A stretch of DNA of 64,000 bases from Nemertoderma westbladi. Its lineage: Eukaryota; Animalia; Xenacoelomorpha. Under the pieces are notes generated by a model that saw nothing but the letters and a program-made list of their open reading frames with translations, had not been told where the DNA came from and did not search any database. Made by a program: the position numbers and the translations under genes. The stretch covers positions 1-64,000 of the forward strand of contig JAUCBJ010008555.1 of NCBI GenBank assembly GCA_032718475.1, given 5' to 3'. Positions 22,490 through 37,700 of this stretch are shown here, piece by piece. Numbering within the stretch: position 1 is the stretch's first letter; every line of letters starts with the position of its first letter.

Positions 22490-23673
22490 TGTAAAAGCTT
22501 TTGCGGATATACTCAGTTCCCCTCGCCCGCAAGGTACCGTTATAGGTGTTTTAACGGACATAAAAGTCATTCTTCTATATACGTGCTTTGGAGGACATGG
22601 TAAGGCAAAAAACCCGCAATGCACCAAATACCCTTGCACAGCTTAGCCTTGATGATTCAGATTACGACATCTAACAGCTGGTTGCTGACATGGAAATGGC
22701 CATTGGACACATGGTTCTTTGTTTAGCTTAACAGCCAATCAGAGCGATTTTTTCTGTCGATGTGGAGCTTTTTGGCAGATCATGCTAGGAGTGTTCAGTC
22801 TTACTGTTTTTTCTTGATACTGTTGTGTTGTTTCTATCTAGGCCAGGAACACCGGCTCTAGAGTCAACTCGTTTTCATACTTTAGAAGAAACATTAGTAG
22901 GCTTAAGATTATAGAGCGTATAACTGTTATCGGTCCATATCAGTTCAATTCATAACATATCATATCTTAACCTACCGTCTTAATGCTTTTTACTGTTGTC
23001 ATATTTTGTATCAGTTGGTTGAATATTATTTGGAGAACATTTATAAAGAACCCAAATTTCCCAATTTTCTTGATACACTACAGGTTAGAGAGACGGGTTA
23101 TATATAGCGATTGCGACTTATATTATTGTGGTTTGTAGTGAATTTAATGCTATTTGATAAGCACTACATGAGTCAGTTGCTGTTCTCTTTATATATGATA
23201 AAATTCATTGACGGTCGGCAAATTAGTGAGCAGTATTGTGTGTTACCGGTAGTGTGCCTGATTGTGACTGATAACTAAGCATTTCCTAAAGAATGCGCCT
23301 CATACGTGAATCATAAGCCTTACCGACTTGCCGTTGTGATTAGTATAAGTCATATCTCTGTTTACCTAGATAGAGCGCCACGTCCTAAAGGAACTGTTAA
23401 TATTTCCCGAAAGTGAATAATATTAGTCAGAAATTATTTATTAACGATCAATCGAATAATACAGTAAGCTTACACTGCAATAATAATCTAAGCCCTCAGA
23501 ATCCAGTCTCCCGGGTATATCCAGCGGGTGAATGGACGCGCACTAGGTTGGCTTCTGCTAATGTTGTGTTTATTGGTATTAAATATTTGTCAACTTCTAA
23601 AGTCTATTTATAAACCAAAAGACATATAAATTTTGGCAGGTTAAACTGCTAAAGGTCTTCAAAAGCGCGTACA
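22490..23673 (+). repeat. 3' LTR of copy 1
   Basis: 1184-bp direct repeat of 6127-7310. Confidence 0.97.
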
Positions 23674-24181
23674 GGGTCTAAGCCACGATTCTAAGTAAAA
23701 CACATTCCTTTTTATCATATGGCCATTTCGTCTATTAACACACGTCTTCAGTGATATAAATATATATTAAAAATTGTGTTAATACACGAACTGGCCATAT
23801 GATAAAAAGGAATGTGTTTTACTTAGACCCTTACAACACCAATATAACTCGATTTTAAACTTTCTGCTGTTATATTTCACTTTGCAGTTAACCCCCTAAT
23901 TGTTTTTATGAACCATATGTTGTCACTAAAAACATGAAGGGCTGAATCTAACCAAAACAATAAACGAATTAGTATCTGTACAAGTTAGGCCTATAATAAA
24001 AGATATAAATATGCGCTATATTCTTCATAGGTCCTACCTACTGTATCAAATTTAAATAAAAATTTGACCGAAAAGTGAAAACCTGGTATTATTCTTCACA
24101 TTTGGCGTGAATAATTATTTATTGCTAATAATAAATTCAAAGGAACCTTACAAATACGTAATCTTCGTATGTGCTAGGCCT

Positions 24182-24960
24182 TACTTTGGTTAGGGGGATA
24201 TGATGACTAGGATTCATAGTAATGTAATAAAATGTCTTTCTGAAAATTTAATCTTGTAGTTGCCAAGGTAACAGGGTTCAAATTTCGCGCGCCTGTAATT
24301 CAAGACGACAAGGGATTCTGTTCTTTAGATTTGGTATACGAGTAAAGGAAATAAAAGTCTATCAAAATATTTTACATTTAAAATATTTTTTCAATCCCGT
24401 TTCCATGGTGACGGGAATTACGATAATTTCCCATTATGACCGCCAGATACTGTATAAGGGCTACTATTTACTACTTATATAATTTTCAACCTTTATTTCA
24501 AATAATTGCTAACAGAAATTTAATATTCTGGAATGTCAAAATCATGTTATCACAGGTCTGATTGGACAGTTTAGTTTATTGGCAAATATTGACTTTTAGA
24601 AATATGATTCACAATTGACGAATTATAAAATAAAATGTTGGCAATTTTAACTTATTATTTAAACTGACAAACCGAATAAAAATGGTGTTTTAGAGAATTG
24701 GTAGACAATTTTTCATTATACTTATTTCTATGGCAACGGGAATATAAACAAATTAAAACGTTAAATATTTTGATAGTATTTTATTTCCTTTAATCGCCTA
24801 CCAAATCTCAAGAAAATAATCCATTGTCGCCTTGAAATACAGGCGCGCAAAGTTTGAAATTTGCACCCTGTTACCTTGGCAACTACAAGATAAAAATTTC
24901 AGAAATACATTTTATTACATTTCTATGAATCCTAGACATCTTATCCACCTAACAAAAGTA
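24182..24960. mobile_element. Diverged MITE with ~240-bp inverted arms
   Basis: CTAGGATTCATAG...ATCTTGTAGTTGCCAAGGTAACAGGGT (24207-24277) is inverted at ~24865-24935; similarity extends inward to CCCGTT.CCAT; no TSD resolved. Confidence 0.7.
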
Positions 24961-25243
24961 GCATAAAAGAAGTTTCTGAAAGATTATGAAAATAATGTGC
25001 CATAAATAGGGAAAGATCGTCCTCCACTAATTTCAGTAATCCACTCGCTGCATGACCTGTTATTTAATACAAATTGTATTTAGTACACATTTAGCATAGC
25101 ATTTACATAGCATTTAGCATATTTTACAGTGTTTGATAGCCACCTGGCGTGAATGGTATCAGCTGATCATCAGATCAGGCAGTCAGGGTTATACAGTATT
25201 TAATTATTACGATACTGCTGTACTGTCATCGCTGTACTGCTGT

Positions 25244-25517
25244 AATCGCCTCCGCTTTGCAGGACATTGCTTTCGCCGTGAGGACCAGCCACTGCATAAT
25301 CTTGTACTTTGGCAGCCTCATGGAGTGAATAAGCATGGTGGACAGCCCATGACTTTCTTGAGACGCATCTTAAAGGACACTGGCCTTAAAGATGCGGATG
25401 ATCTAGCAAATGTCATGGGTGATAGGGAGTTGTGGCGGTGCAATTTTGTTGACAAGCCGGCACAGCATTCTTAAAAATGCAGCTGCAATGCAGCATGCCG
25501 ATCCTAGTAGTAGTAGC
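25244..25517 (+). mobile_element. 5'-truncated RTE-type LINE 3' fragment
   Basis: RLRFAGHCFRRE..LVLWQP...DRELW RT C-terminal motif and a (TAG)n tail; same family at 46606-46760. Confidence 0.75.
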
Positions 25518-25583
25518 TGTACTGTTTTATTTATTTCAATTGGCTATTACTGCAGTACTGTCTGACTGTACTGTATTTAGTAG

Positions 25584-26585
<1,002 letters not shown>

Positions 26586-29041
26586 GTAAGGTACTGGTGG
26601 CAGTTTCATTGCAATTTCAATAGGATTTAAATTTTATTTTATTTATGTTGTTCTGTTGGAATTTTGTCCGTTGATTATTATTATTTGGAATTAATTAATA
26701 CCTACCAGAATCGGAACTATTGTTCTTTAACTTTTGTTCGTTATTATAGGCTAGTTATTAATAACTACTAATTTGTTAGGCGAGATTAAGCGCTGGCAGG
26801 CTGGCGTTTCGTACCTGATCAGGTCATGTCTGCATGTAATCCTCTAAATCATAATCTAAATAATTTAGCAGAATTTTGGGACATTATCAATTGTCATTGC
26901 CAATCTGATATAGTTCAAATTTGATGAAATAATTTAGCATCCTACTTTTTGTATGGTGAGTCAGCGTTGTATTTACTGTTTCTGACTCTTTTACAAACCA
27001 AGGATGAGCTTGAAATATTTACTCACACCAGCCCGCCAGTAAGGTACCGGTAACGGTTTTTTTGGGGATTGTTGGCACCGATGGGAATACCAAAAATTTC
27101 AATACATCAGAATTCCATTAAAAAACAGCTAAGATATAGGCGTTCGGAGGTTGCTAATTAATATATGCAATTAGTTTTTCCATATATACCAAAACCGGAT
27201 GAAAATGTAATGAGAAAATAAGTATTAGTATTAATCTGTAATAGTAGCATAATTATATTATAATAAGTAACAAAATAAATGCTATACAAATATAATAATA
27301 TATAGGCCTACTAAAAACACAGGATTCATGGAACCATCTGACCATTAAGAGAATGTACCATATATTGGAGTTTCGATTTAATTATCGATGACTGCTGGAC
27401 TGGTTGTGGTCCACCGTCAGGGCGTCAACGAGGCGAGGGCCTGTGGTCTGCTACTTTACATAATCAACTGATCAAGCCACCACCTAAATGAGTAAATGCA
27501 AAAGCAACTACACCCACAAAAATCATCAAATGTATCGAGTTAATCAGCATTCAAGCATTATAATGTCCTGTTAACCGAGTCACCGAAACAAACGCTGGTC
27601 AATTATAATCTCGAACAGTCTTGACAGTCTCTCTATTTCCTCATCTTTCTCCTTTGCCGTTTCAGCCTTCGCATTCGTTTTTTCTTCCACTTATCCCTCA
27701 TATTTCAGTATTTTACAATTAAAATTAGCAGATTAGTGTACTGAGGACTGAGGTAGCCTACTGGCCTAGCAGCCGCAGCTGGTAGTCTGGACTTACGGCA
27801 ATCCAATAATCTGGTACGAGTACGGTCCCGGTACAGCATACAGTACAGTCGTCAGCACGTCAGGACCTATACCTTGGTTCTCGCTTCTCGGTACGTCAGT
27901 CAGTACGTGGGTTGTAGGCCTACCCTATCAGTCTATTCAGCTATTGTCAGATTGTACGGGAATTTCAAAACAGTGCAATGCAAAGTAAAGTAGGCCCTAC
28001 AGAAGTACGACTGTACGAGTACAGTACAGGCTCAACTCATAGCAGCATAGGCCTACAGTCATATGTCATAAAGCCTGTAAGCTGGCAGGCTGGGCTGGTA
28101 CAGTGGTAGGCCTATTGGACATTGACATTGGTATGTGGCGTGGCCTGAACCCTGCTATGATCAGAAGATGTACTAACTGTATACCAGTCAGCCAGTATGC
28201 TCATGCTGCTAACCCTAAATTAATAAAAACCCTGAAACTGTAGCCCAGGAACAAAACTAATTCAAAACTGTAGTATGCCTACGGCTGTACGGTACCGGTA
28301 AGCCTACAGTACCAAAACTTGAGCATCCAATTACCTGATTACCCCAGTTCAGCAATTTCAGTAATGCTGTAATGAGTACGGTTGATAGGCGGACTCGGAT
28401 AGGCCTTGCTGGAGGCCTAGTGCAGTAGTCCTAGTGTATTGTATTAGAGCAGTACACTCCAGCAGTCAGATAGAACTGTCAGACTGTAGAAGTTAGATGT
28501 AGTGTACATGGGGCAGTGGGGTACTGACAGTACTGCAGTAGGCTACTGCAGTACGCACACCGGTCCCGGTACATACTGACATACGGGGATCTAAATGTAG
28601 CTGCAGAATAATAACACGTCCGTGGTGGCGTCGCGCAGGACGCGAACTTTGTCACAGCTTTCGGCGTCCTTACTGTATATATAGTGTTGTGTAGTGCCGT
28701 ATATAGCATATAGTGCCGTATATTGTGACCTTTTACTGATTGTGCTGAAAATACATGCAGGCAGGTTCAACTTTCTGGTCTGATACAATGAACGGGATGG
28801 CGCTAGTATACCTTCAACGAAGGGCCGCTCACTGGATTGATTTATTTTACCCTTATTCCTTTTTTGTGTATTGATTTGCTCTATATTTCATTTAGTTCAA
28901 TACGGTATTTGATCATCGATTATATTTAACTGAAATATGGTACCGGGGGGGGGGGGGGGGGTGTGGCAACACAGTATAACAAGCACATGACCGACTGACT
29001 AATTAATTATGTAAGGACTCAAGTCTGTTAATTGTGTTTTT

Positions 29042-29548
29042 TGTTAGGGGAAACGTATTGTAACTTGTCTTTAGTCTAATTATATTGATATCGCTACCAT
29101 AATCAATTTGTGACAACTCTCAATCGTGAGCCCGAAAAAACCACCGAACACGAAGGCGTTTCTGTTAGAACAGGTTTTTATAATGAACCTGTAACCCCAA
29201 ATCCTCCAGATTTGTGGAACGCCCTTCCTAATGTCTTCCGCGATTACGTATAGTCGATGTTGCTTCCAGAGAATCCACAGAGTCCTAGTAAACGGAATGT
29301 AGGGAAGAGTCTATCCGGACGACTCCTCCCACAGGGGAAGGGAGACTCTCGGGCTGCCGAGTGGAAAGCGGCTGCGGAAAGCAAGGAGAAGGAGTCGAGA
29401 GATCACACGTCCTGGCCAAAACCCGGAGCGAGGAAACAGCCCAAGTATAAAAGACCAGTCCCAGAGACTTGTACTCGTTGAAACTACGTTGGTCACAGTG
29501 TATACGGGCGTACTCGTAGGACGGAGCCCCTAAATGGACACGGAACAT
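29042..29548. mobile_element. Possible solo LTR of an unrelated family
   Basis: TGTT...AACA ends, GC-richer than its flanks, TATAAAAG at ~29447; flanks TTTTT/TATTT are only an imperfect TSD. Confidence 0.25.
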
Positions 29549-30603
29549 ATTTAGTTTTATCTGGAGCTCAAAATTTATAAAATATTACAAGGGTTGAAAG
29601 AGATTAGTCGTAGTGCCATGGAATATAGGATTAGTTATTTAATACGTAATAAGTAATTTGTAATTATTAAGTAATATGTGCAATAAAATAGTAGGCCTAT
29701 AGTAAGTTAGTTTTAATTACAAAGTTTTTTATATTAAAAATTTCCTTTAAAATGAGCTCTGAATGAGTTTTTAACACTCGCTTATCACGAAAATAACATT
29801 CCCGGGAAAATTCGATTTAATTTGATAAAATATTGCGCTTCCTTTCTATAGCGAACAACTAAATTATTGTCAACTACAGCTAGTAGAATGCTAAGAGTTG
29901 GTAAAGGCGCTGAATCCAAAAATCACTTTAAAAATCTCTAACAATAAACACAAGTGGGACAAGTGTAAGTTTTCCTAAGTAAATATGCGCGTACCAAGCG
30001 TGCGCATTTGTAAACGTAACATATTGGGTAATTATTATCTAGGAAAGTTCTCAAATTGAATTATAAATATAATTTATTATTAATAATTCAATCACTGCCC
30101 CACCCCCCCCCCCCCCCCCCCCCCACACCCCCTGATTAGTCTGGATTCATAAAGAAAACTCTGATAGAAACAATGTCCATGGGTGGGCTAAACTCATTAT
30201 TTATGATAGAGTCACAGTAATGTCCTGAGTCATCTGAATGGCCAATATTAATTAAAGTTGTAATATTATGGGAAGGGTTCAGAAGTGGAAAATTGAGAAA
30301 GCGCGTCACCGGGGGTTGAACCAGCGCTAATTAATTAATATTAATTAATCAAATACTCATGCATTATTATTAAAATATGCGGGCCTACCGCGGTATGGGG
30401 GGACAACCACTACTTCATATAAGTTATCTCGAAAACGAAACGAGATGTGGAAAAACTGTTTGCAGATTTGTGATTCTCGTGAAATTCTGATTCGAATGGG
30501 ATGTTTTTTAAAATTGAATTTTTTTGCCCAAATTCCATCCAAAATCAAATTTTGTTGCTCAACAAAATATATTTTAGCAAGTTTTTATACTGAAAATGTA
30601 TTC

Positions 30604-31813
30604 TGTACGCGCTTTTGAAGACCTTTAGCAGTTTAACCTGCCAAAATTTATATGTCTTTTGGTTTATAAATATACTTTAGAAGATGACAAATATTTTATA
30701 CCAATAAACACAACATTAGCAGAAGCCAGCCTAGTGCGCGTCCATTCACCCGCTGGATATACCCGGGGGGCTGGATTCTGAGGGCTTAGATTATTATTGC
30801 AGTGAAGCCTACTGTATTATTCGATTGATCGTTAATAAATAATTCCTGACTAATATTATTCACTTTCGGGAAATATTAACAGTTCCTTTAGGACGTGGCG
30901 CTCTATCTAAGTAAACAGAGATATGACTTACACTAATCACAACGGTAAGTCGGTAAGGCTTATGATTCGCGTATGAGGCGCATTCTTTAGGAAATGCTTA
31001 GTTATCAGTCACAATCATGCACACTACCGGTAACACACAATACTGCTCACTAATTTGCCGACCGTCAATGAATTTTATCATATATAAAGAGAGCAGCAAC
31101 GGACCAATGTAGTGCTTATCAAATAGCATTAAATTCACTACAAACCACAATAATATAAGTCGCAATCGCTATATATAACCCGTCTCTCTAACCTGTAGTG
31201 TATCAAGAAAATTGGGAAATTTGGGTTCTTTATATATGTTCTCCAAATAATATTCAACCAAAACACAACAGTAAACAGCATTAAGACGGTAGGTTAAGAT
31301 ATGATATGACAAGATGTGACAAGATAACAGTTATACGCTCTATAATCTTAAGCCTACTAATGTTTCTTCTAAAGTATGAAAACGAATTGATTCTAGAGCC
31401 GGTGTTCCTGGCCTAGGAGGAATAACAACACAACAGTATCAAGAAAAAACAGCTACTGTCCCTAACACCGTTGCAGGTATCTTTTTACACAGAGAGGAAT
31501 AGCTCTCATTGGCAGAACACCAGATTCCACAAGTTCCACGAATATCTAAATGCCGAACTATCAGGAATTTTGCAACCCTTGGCCAACACACAAAATGAGT
31601 CACTCCGCTCAGTTGTCCTGGTTGCATACTCTGCTGCTATAGCTCTGGTTGGCCGATAGAACATAGCAAAAAGCCCCTCGTACAGCAAATCAGCCAATCA
31701 GCCGGTCGCTTTGCATCATTCGAGTTAGAGAGCTTTTTAGAGTATTCCAGCGCCTGGGGGGAAACTGGATTGCAAAGCAAAAGGGCCAGTTATATCCCAC
31801 AGAAGCTTTTACA
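30604..31813 (-). repeat. 3' LTR of copy 2
   Basis: Direct repeat of 41054-42263 with about six differences seen by eye. Confidence 0.95.
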
Positions 31814-31891
31814 CCGCTCCCAGAAAATGGGATTTGAGTCTATAAAATATACAAAATCACAGTTTCTAATATACGTAAATACTCTAAACAG

Positions 31892-32975
31892 TTAGTCTTT
31901 CTTGCGCGGACGGTGTTTACGCAGTTTCTTAAAGCTAGCCAGAGTCCTTTTCTCTTTGGGGCGAGCCACTTTACAAGGAGGGCTATAACTCCTGGGTGAA
32001 GGGTGCAATATGATTGCATCAGAGGGTATAGGATTATGGTCGGTGTATCCACCGGTCGAAGTGCCGGGTTGGTTGACATCAACGTCGGAGAAGAGGGGTC
32101 TAACGGCCTTTAGAGCGCGTTTTAGGATAGCCGCTCTTACGGGTCCTTTACGAGTGGTCTGAACGAGAGCCGTAGGTGGACCATAGGCAGTTAAAAACTT
32201 CCTGGGTTTAATGGTTCTTTCCAACTCGCGTTTGCGGGCTCGGTATTCGTAAGGCCGTCGATATACTTCCTGTAACTCGGGTGTTAGTTAACAAATAAGT
32301 CTCCATAGCCCGGATCTTGACGGATAAAATTGATTAAGTTATAGGAATGAATGTCGCTAGGATTAACACTCCTGAGAAATTTGCGTACGAATTTGGTTGA
32401 AATACATTCTCCGACGCGCTTCAGTAGTTCGTAACTCGATATGCGTGATTTCTGTTCGACAGAAGCGAATAGATAAGGATGGAATGCATAAACTCCTTCG
32501 TAAGCGCGTCCAGGATAATAGCGATGGCGCGAATCACAATGTAAATCAGTGTTCGCTTCCCAAGCTCTGATGTAACGTAGTGTGATCATTTCATCTACGC
32601 TTTCCAAATCGTGATTAAAAGGGCAATCGAAACTGGCGTATCCCTTTAGTTGACAATGGTGACATTGAGTCATAAATTGAGGGCAAACCGCAAAAATATG
32701 CAAGTTATTGAGTCTGCAATATGCGCAATAAATTTCCATCGCTGGTTGTTCGTGGAAATAGGAACAGCGGATGTTTGTGTCCATGGGCGTAACATGGTCT
32801 TTCGATGCGCATAACCGACAACGTTGCCGAGAAACATAGTTGGCATGGCGATAATTGTACACAGTGAGACACTGTGGACCTTGATACCATTCTAGGATGT
32901 AATCGTTGTCGCTGTTCCGGGCGCGATAGGCTGAATCTCCTCAGATTCTAGGCATATTGGTTCGTCTTCCCAGTC
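31892..32975 (-). pseudogene. Copy 2 zinc-knuckle accessory ORF3 (N-truncated, stop/indel at ~32284)
   Basis: ORF-track pieces 32284-32862 and 31892-32224 match the C-terminal two-thirds of 20873-22411. Confidence 0.85.
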
Positions 32976-33339
32976 TGTTACGAATAGAATTTTCGTGATC
33001 TATTCTCGGTTTATCGTTACGACTCCGCTGGGTATGATATTTAAATAGTACCATTTCCCTTTCGGTGTATACATCGTCCGTATCATGTAAATCGATAGGA
33101 TGGCCGGTAGTTAGGAAGTCCATATACGTACCATTACGATGCGTATAGCGAGCGGTTAATTTTCGATAGTCCAATTCACGCGTAAGTTGCTCTTGGGACA
33201 TCGGCGGTTCGATATAACGACCATCGTCCTCCGTAATGGTTGGATCGGCTTCACCGCGTATCAAGCTATCCACAAATGCTTGTAAAGGTAGAGTATATCG
33301 CTCCCTGATACCAAGATCATCTTCTATCAACTCCGTCAT
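32941..33339 (-). CDS. Copy 2 accessory ORF2, joined by deletion to ORF3
   Basis: 132-aa ORF homologous to 19360-19718. Confidence 0.65.
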   Translation of the reverse strand: MTELIEDDLGIRERYTLPLQAFVDSLIRGEADPTITEDDGRYIEPPMSQEQLTRELDYRKLTARYTHRNGTYMDFLTTGHPIDLHDTDDVYTEREMVLFKYHTQRSRNDKPRIDHENSIRNRLGRRTNMPRI

Positions 33340-34707
33340 AACTGCTATCTGAGTTTATTAAGATTATAATGAGTTTATGTTTAGGCGAGAGGGCGTCGCT
33401 GCCTACCTTTCTTTGCCCCCGGACAGTGGGATTCTCAGCGCCGACGTACCGTCGTCGCGGTGTTTACGCCAACATGTAGCAACAGCACGACGACGATAAC
33501 CGGCACAAGTCACTCCACTGTCCGTCCCAAAGGCTTGGATCCACTTAGGTTCTTTCTATAGGAGAGTTGGGCTATTTTTACAATTGCGACTAGCTACTGT
33601 AAACATACTTTAGCAGTAACATTCACCTATAAACGCACAAATTCCACACAACTGTCACTAACAGCACACATACAGGCCATTTGTCCGTTAGTCAGTGCCT
33701 TCCAGAATGTCACGTTATTACTGTGTATCCTTGGATACTAACAGTGTGCTATATTCTCTATGCCATACAATGGGACAAGCTTTCTATTGTTCTTTTAACT
33801 TGCTTCTAATTCTAGCGTGGGTGTTGCTAGGTGTCATTATGGAATGCTAGCGGTAGAATTAGGGTAATTCTCATGCATACAGATCTGGGATGCTATTTAA
33901 TAATAATTCTTTAATTGTCAATATTCTCTTTATGCATGATTTTATTATTTTTATCGGCTATTGACTATATGTTGGAGATTCTCGCACTCTAATACACTCA
34001 ATAGGATGAATCTCCGCTCCCATGATCTATTAATTAATGGAATTTTGGGAATGTTATAAATTGTACAAAATGACAATTTATGAAATTCATTTAAAAATAT
34101 GAATTTAAATTTATTCCCGTGAATTTTATTATTTGATGTTAAAATTGACACAATTTGATTCCAGAGCAGGTCTGGGGACATAGGATCCTTAATTCTATGA
34201 AATTTGTCTTTTAAGAGTATCGGTAAAGGCTACGATATCTTAATTGACTATAAATTTAAAGGATCTGAATTTTACAGATTTTACTAAATATTAAATTAAT
34301 ATTTAAGATGGGCACCGATTTATTCCAGAGCTTGTCTGGGGACGTTAACCACTGATTCTAGAATTTGTCTTTCAAGTATATCGGTGGGTGCCACGATATC
34401 TTAATCGACTAGAATTACAGATGGTCAAAAGGTTTAACAGATTTATTTGCGTTTTACGCTACTGTTATATGGACATCACGCTACTATATATTATTTAATA
34501 TAAGGTAGGAGAGCAATATCGCACGAAGCAATGTCAGTGTGAAGAGGCAAGTCGTTTCCAAGGTCTACCCAGAGCTTGGTTTAGCCGAGACACGAGGATC
34601 TGAATTTTGCATTCCTAATACTCTGCCTACCAATAATACTTGAATATAGTAGTGGCTTTATTGTACTTTAAGAAGTACGGACATTTCATCTTACTGTAGC
34701 CACGTAT

Positions 34708-37700
34708 TTATAATATGATACGGACAGTAAGGAAAGAGAAAAAATTATTTCTAGATATTTGTCGGATTAGGGAAGTGGTCGTAGGAAGAGTATCTTGCCT
34801 TCCATAGTTTCCGGACAGTTTTCGGTCTCTTTCCAGTAAACATAAACGACTAGCTGGGCGATTGAGTTGTTGTGTTAGTTTCTCCGCTCCCTTGGCCTGT
34901 CTAATCTCCGCCGTCATAAGATGAGGAGGCCATTCTTCTTCTTCTTTACTTAAGGAGTCGGATCCACCTAACCAGCCTGGAGTATCTATCAGTTCTTGAG
35001 GAGTTGCTCCTCTGGAAGCGATGTCGGCTGGATTAATCGTCCCAAGGCAATGTCTCCATTGATCTACATTGGAGTTAATATCGTCATTATCTGAGGAGTA
35101 TGGTGTTCCCTCAGTTGGATCGTCCACATCACTGCTCTCCACTTCCCATTCCTTTACTTGGTATACCTGTTGTTGAGGTAATCTCTCTTTGAGAGTTCTA
35201 CGGGAAGGGCCAGTGAAGTACCAACCTACTCTAGTTCTTACCGCATAGGTTTGTAGTGGCTGCGGTTGAGCAGGCCGTTTCTCCAATGTCTCGAGCGCCT
35301 CATGCGCGTTTTGGCCGATGAGTATTTGCACTCCAGGATAATCTGTCTGGAATCGAGGTATCTTAAGATGTTGGATGCTCTCATCCTCGTCCCAATTATA
35401 AAGGTCTGCTTGGGTAGTAGCGAAGTTCTTTATAGCCACCATTTTTACCGACCTTATACCTTGTGCTCCTAATTTATCCTGGGGGGTGGACAACACACCT
35501 ACATAGTAGTCTGCCGTTAGGGTAGATTTCCAAACCTGCATAATTCCTGACATATTCAATTTAGTCCGGAACTTGGGTTGTCCAGCAAAGATATCTTCGG
35601 CTATTTCTTGATCGATGAATGTTCCTGTGCTGCCGGAGTCAAGGAGGGCGTTCACTATGTAACTTTTGTTAGGACCATGAACTCTTACCTGCACTACAGG
35701 AAATTCTCTGATTCCTACGTTGGAAGTTGGAGCTTTCCAAGATGGTTGTTTGGCAAAAGTAGTTGGGGGAAACTCATTGTTGGTGTCCTTTTCATAAGTA
35801 AGTGCTCGATACACTGCGGTATTGATTAGATAACAGGATTCGTTGGCATCGGAGAATTCGTCAGTATAGAATCCTTCCATCTCAGATTCTTGATCAGTGT
35901 CGTTTACATCACTGAATTGGACATGTAGTTCGGGCTCACTTACCTGACTCAGTTTGTCTCGTTCGAACTCACTGTGTAACAAGATGTGATGTTTCGCGCC
36001 ACACTTTGCACACTTTATGTCGGAGTAACAGGTTCGCCGTTGGTGTCCTGATCTGAGGCAATTATAGCATAACCGCTTATTCCACAGGACTGTACGTCTG
36101 TCTACAAGGGATTTCTTTAGAAATTCAGCACACGCACTCAAACGGTGGGGCCCGTCGCACAGCGCACATTTTGGTTTGATGTTACTCACCTTACCTTGGG
36201 TAACGTTATGCACTCTCGTTCTTTCTTCGGGCTTTCTTCCGTGAATTCTCTTAGGAGACGTAGGAGGAGTTGTTGTTACCTGTTCTCTCCTGTCACTGGT
36301 TCGAGACTTGTATTTACTTACGTCTTTATAGGTCTTGTTGTCATAGTAAGATTTTGCTGTGTCTTTCCCGCTGTCCTCTTCTTGAGAAGCTTGGCTTTCG
36401 CCGTCATCAGTATAACACACTGGTATTATCCTTCTCCTAGAAACGGGTTTCTCACTTACCTTATTTTCCGATGTTTTCTCTCTGGACTGCTTTATGAGTT
36501 GTAATTTTACTTCGCTATCTAAGAAGGACATGAGATCAGCCATGGTAGGGCTTCGTCGTTGTTGTTCATTCATGTACAACACTTTCTTGTCCCAGCGTGT
36601 ACATACTCCACCCTTTGGTAAAGTAGAGACTACGGCTCCAATAACCATGGAACTCTGATATTCATGAGACTTACCTAACCAGTCCAATTGTCTACAGATC
36701 TCTTGAATCTCATCGGAAAACTCTATAATCCCGCTACTAAGGAAGTGTCGGGGGGCTACTAATTTTGCATACAAATACTTAGCTATGTTATCCTTGTTAC
36801 CATACCTGATGTTTAATGTATCCCAAACTTGTCTTAATCCTTCTGGATGTCCAATAAACTTTAACGCCATTAACTTGGGAGGTCCTTCCAAGCACTTGAT
36901 GAGGAACCTAAGTTTCTCTCCGTTAGATAGCACAGAGTTCTGTATGCTGTCTTTGTAATATTCGTTGAAAGGTAACCACTTCATCTCATCTCCATTGAAT
37001 TTGACGATCTCTCCCACTTTGACCGCTTGGCGGGCTTCTGTTCTAGCCATCTGACGCGTAAAGCTTTCTTGGGCCATCGTGTTATTTAATATCGAATTAT
37101 CGGTATATAAATTTCTCGATCATTAGCAGGTCTATAGGGAATATCATTAACAACAGGTTTATAATCACCCTTAATAGGGTTTGCTATAGGAGTTTCTACT
37201 TCACTAGCAGTATAGATGCGTGTAGGCTCCACACCTTGCGCATGTAATACTTCAGACCTAACAGGTTGACACACTGTTACTGGGGGTATTGGTATGCCCT
37301 TTTGTATGTTGACTAATTTGTCGCGTTCTAGTGCGATACTTTGCTGCACTTCTTGCAACTCTGCTCTACCTTCCCTTACTGTTCCCTTAAGTTGGTGGAC
37401 AGTCTCCTGCATCTGTCCGAGCAGGAGATTCATCCCCCGCCATCCCTCCTCTACCCACTCGACCGCCGAAGCGGGAGTCGCCAACATTGTAGCGGGCTGA
37501 CGTGGGACGACTGGAGACAAATCTTTGATTTCTCTCTCAGCTATCAGGACAGGGATATTCTCATGGACTGTTCTACTGGGTACAGGCAGTGTAGTACTAT
37601 GTAAAGGGAATTTAGAGTTAAGCTCTGGAAGTACAGGGGTCTCTAACACAGGGGTGACTTTGGGAACGACAGGCCTAATTATTTCAGGCTCATCAACTAT

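Larger units (their letters stand above)
6127..23673 (+). mobile_element. Full-length Bel/Pao LTR retrotransposon (copy 1, 17.5 kb)
   Basis: Two 1184-bp TG...CA LTRs; 5-bp TSD GGGTC (6122-6126, 23674-23678); Gag-PR-RT-RH-IN order with Bel/Pao motifs. Confidence 0.97.
6095..23857. mobile_element. Small palindromic MITE (~210 bp) split by the Bel/Pao insertion
   Basis: 6095-6126 (TAAAATCGAGTTATATTGGTGTTGTAAGGGTC) joined to 23679-23745 forms a left arm that is the reverse complement of ~23775-23857. Confidence 0.75.

Noticed and set aside
34860-35090. Copy 2 deletions as products of a spliced RNA
   Set aside because: The corresponding boundaries in copy 1 (~13925/15695 and ~15880/17590) are not GT...AG.
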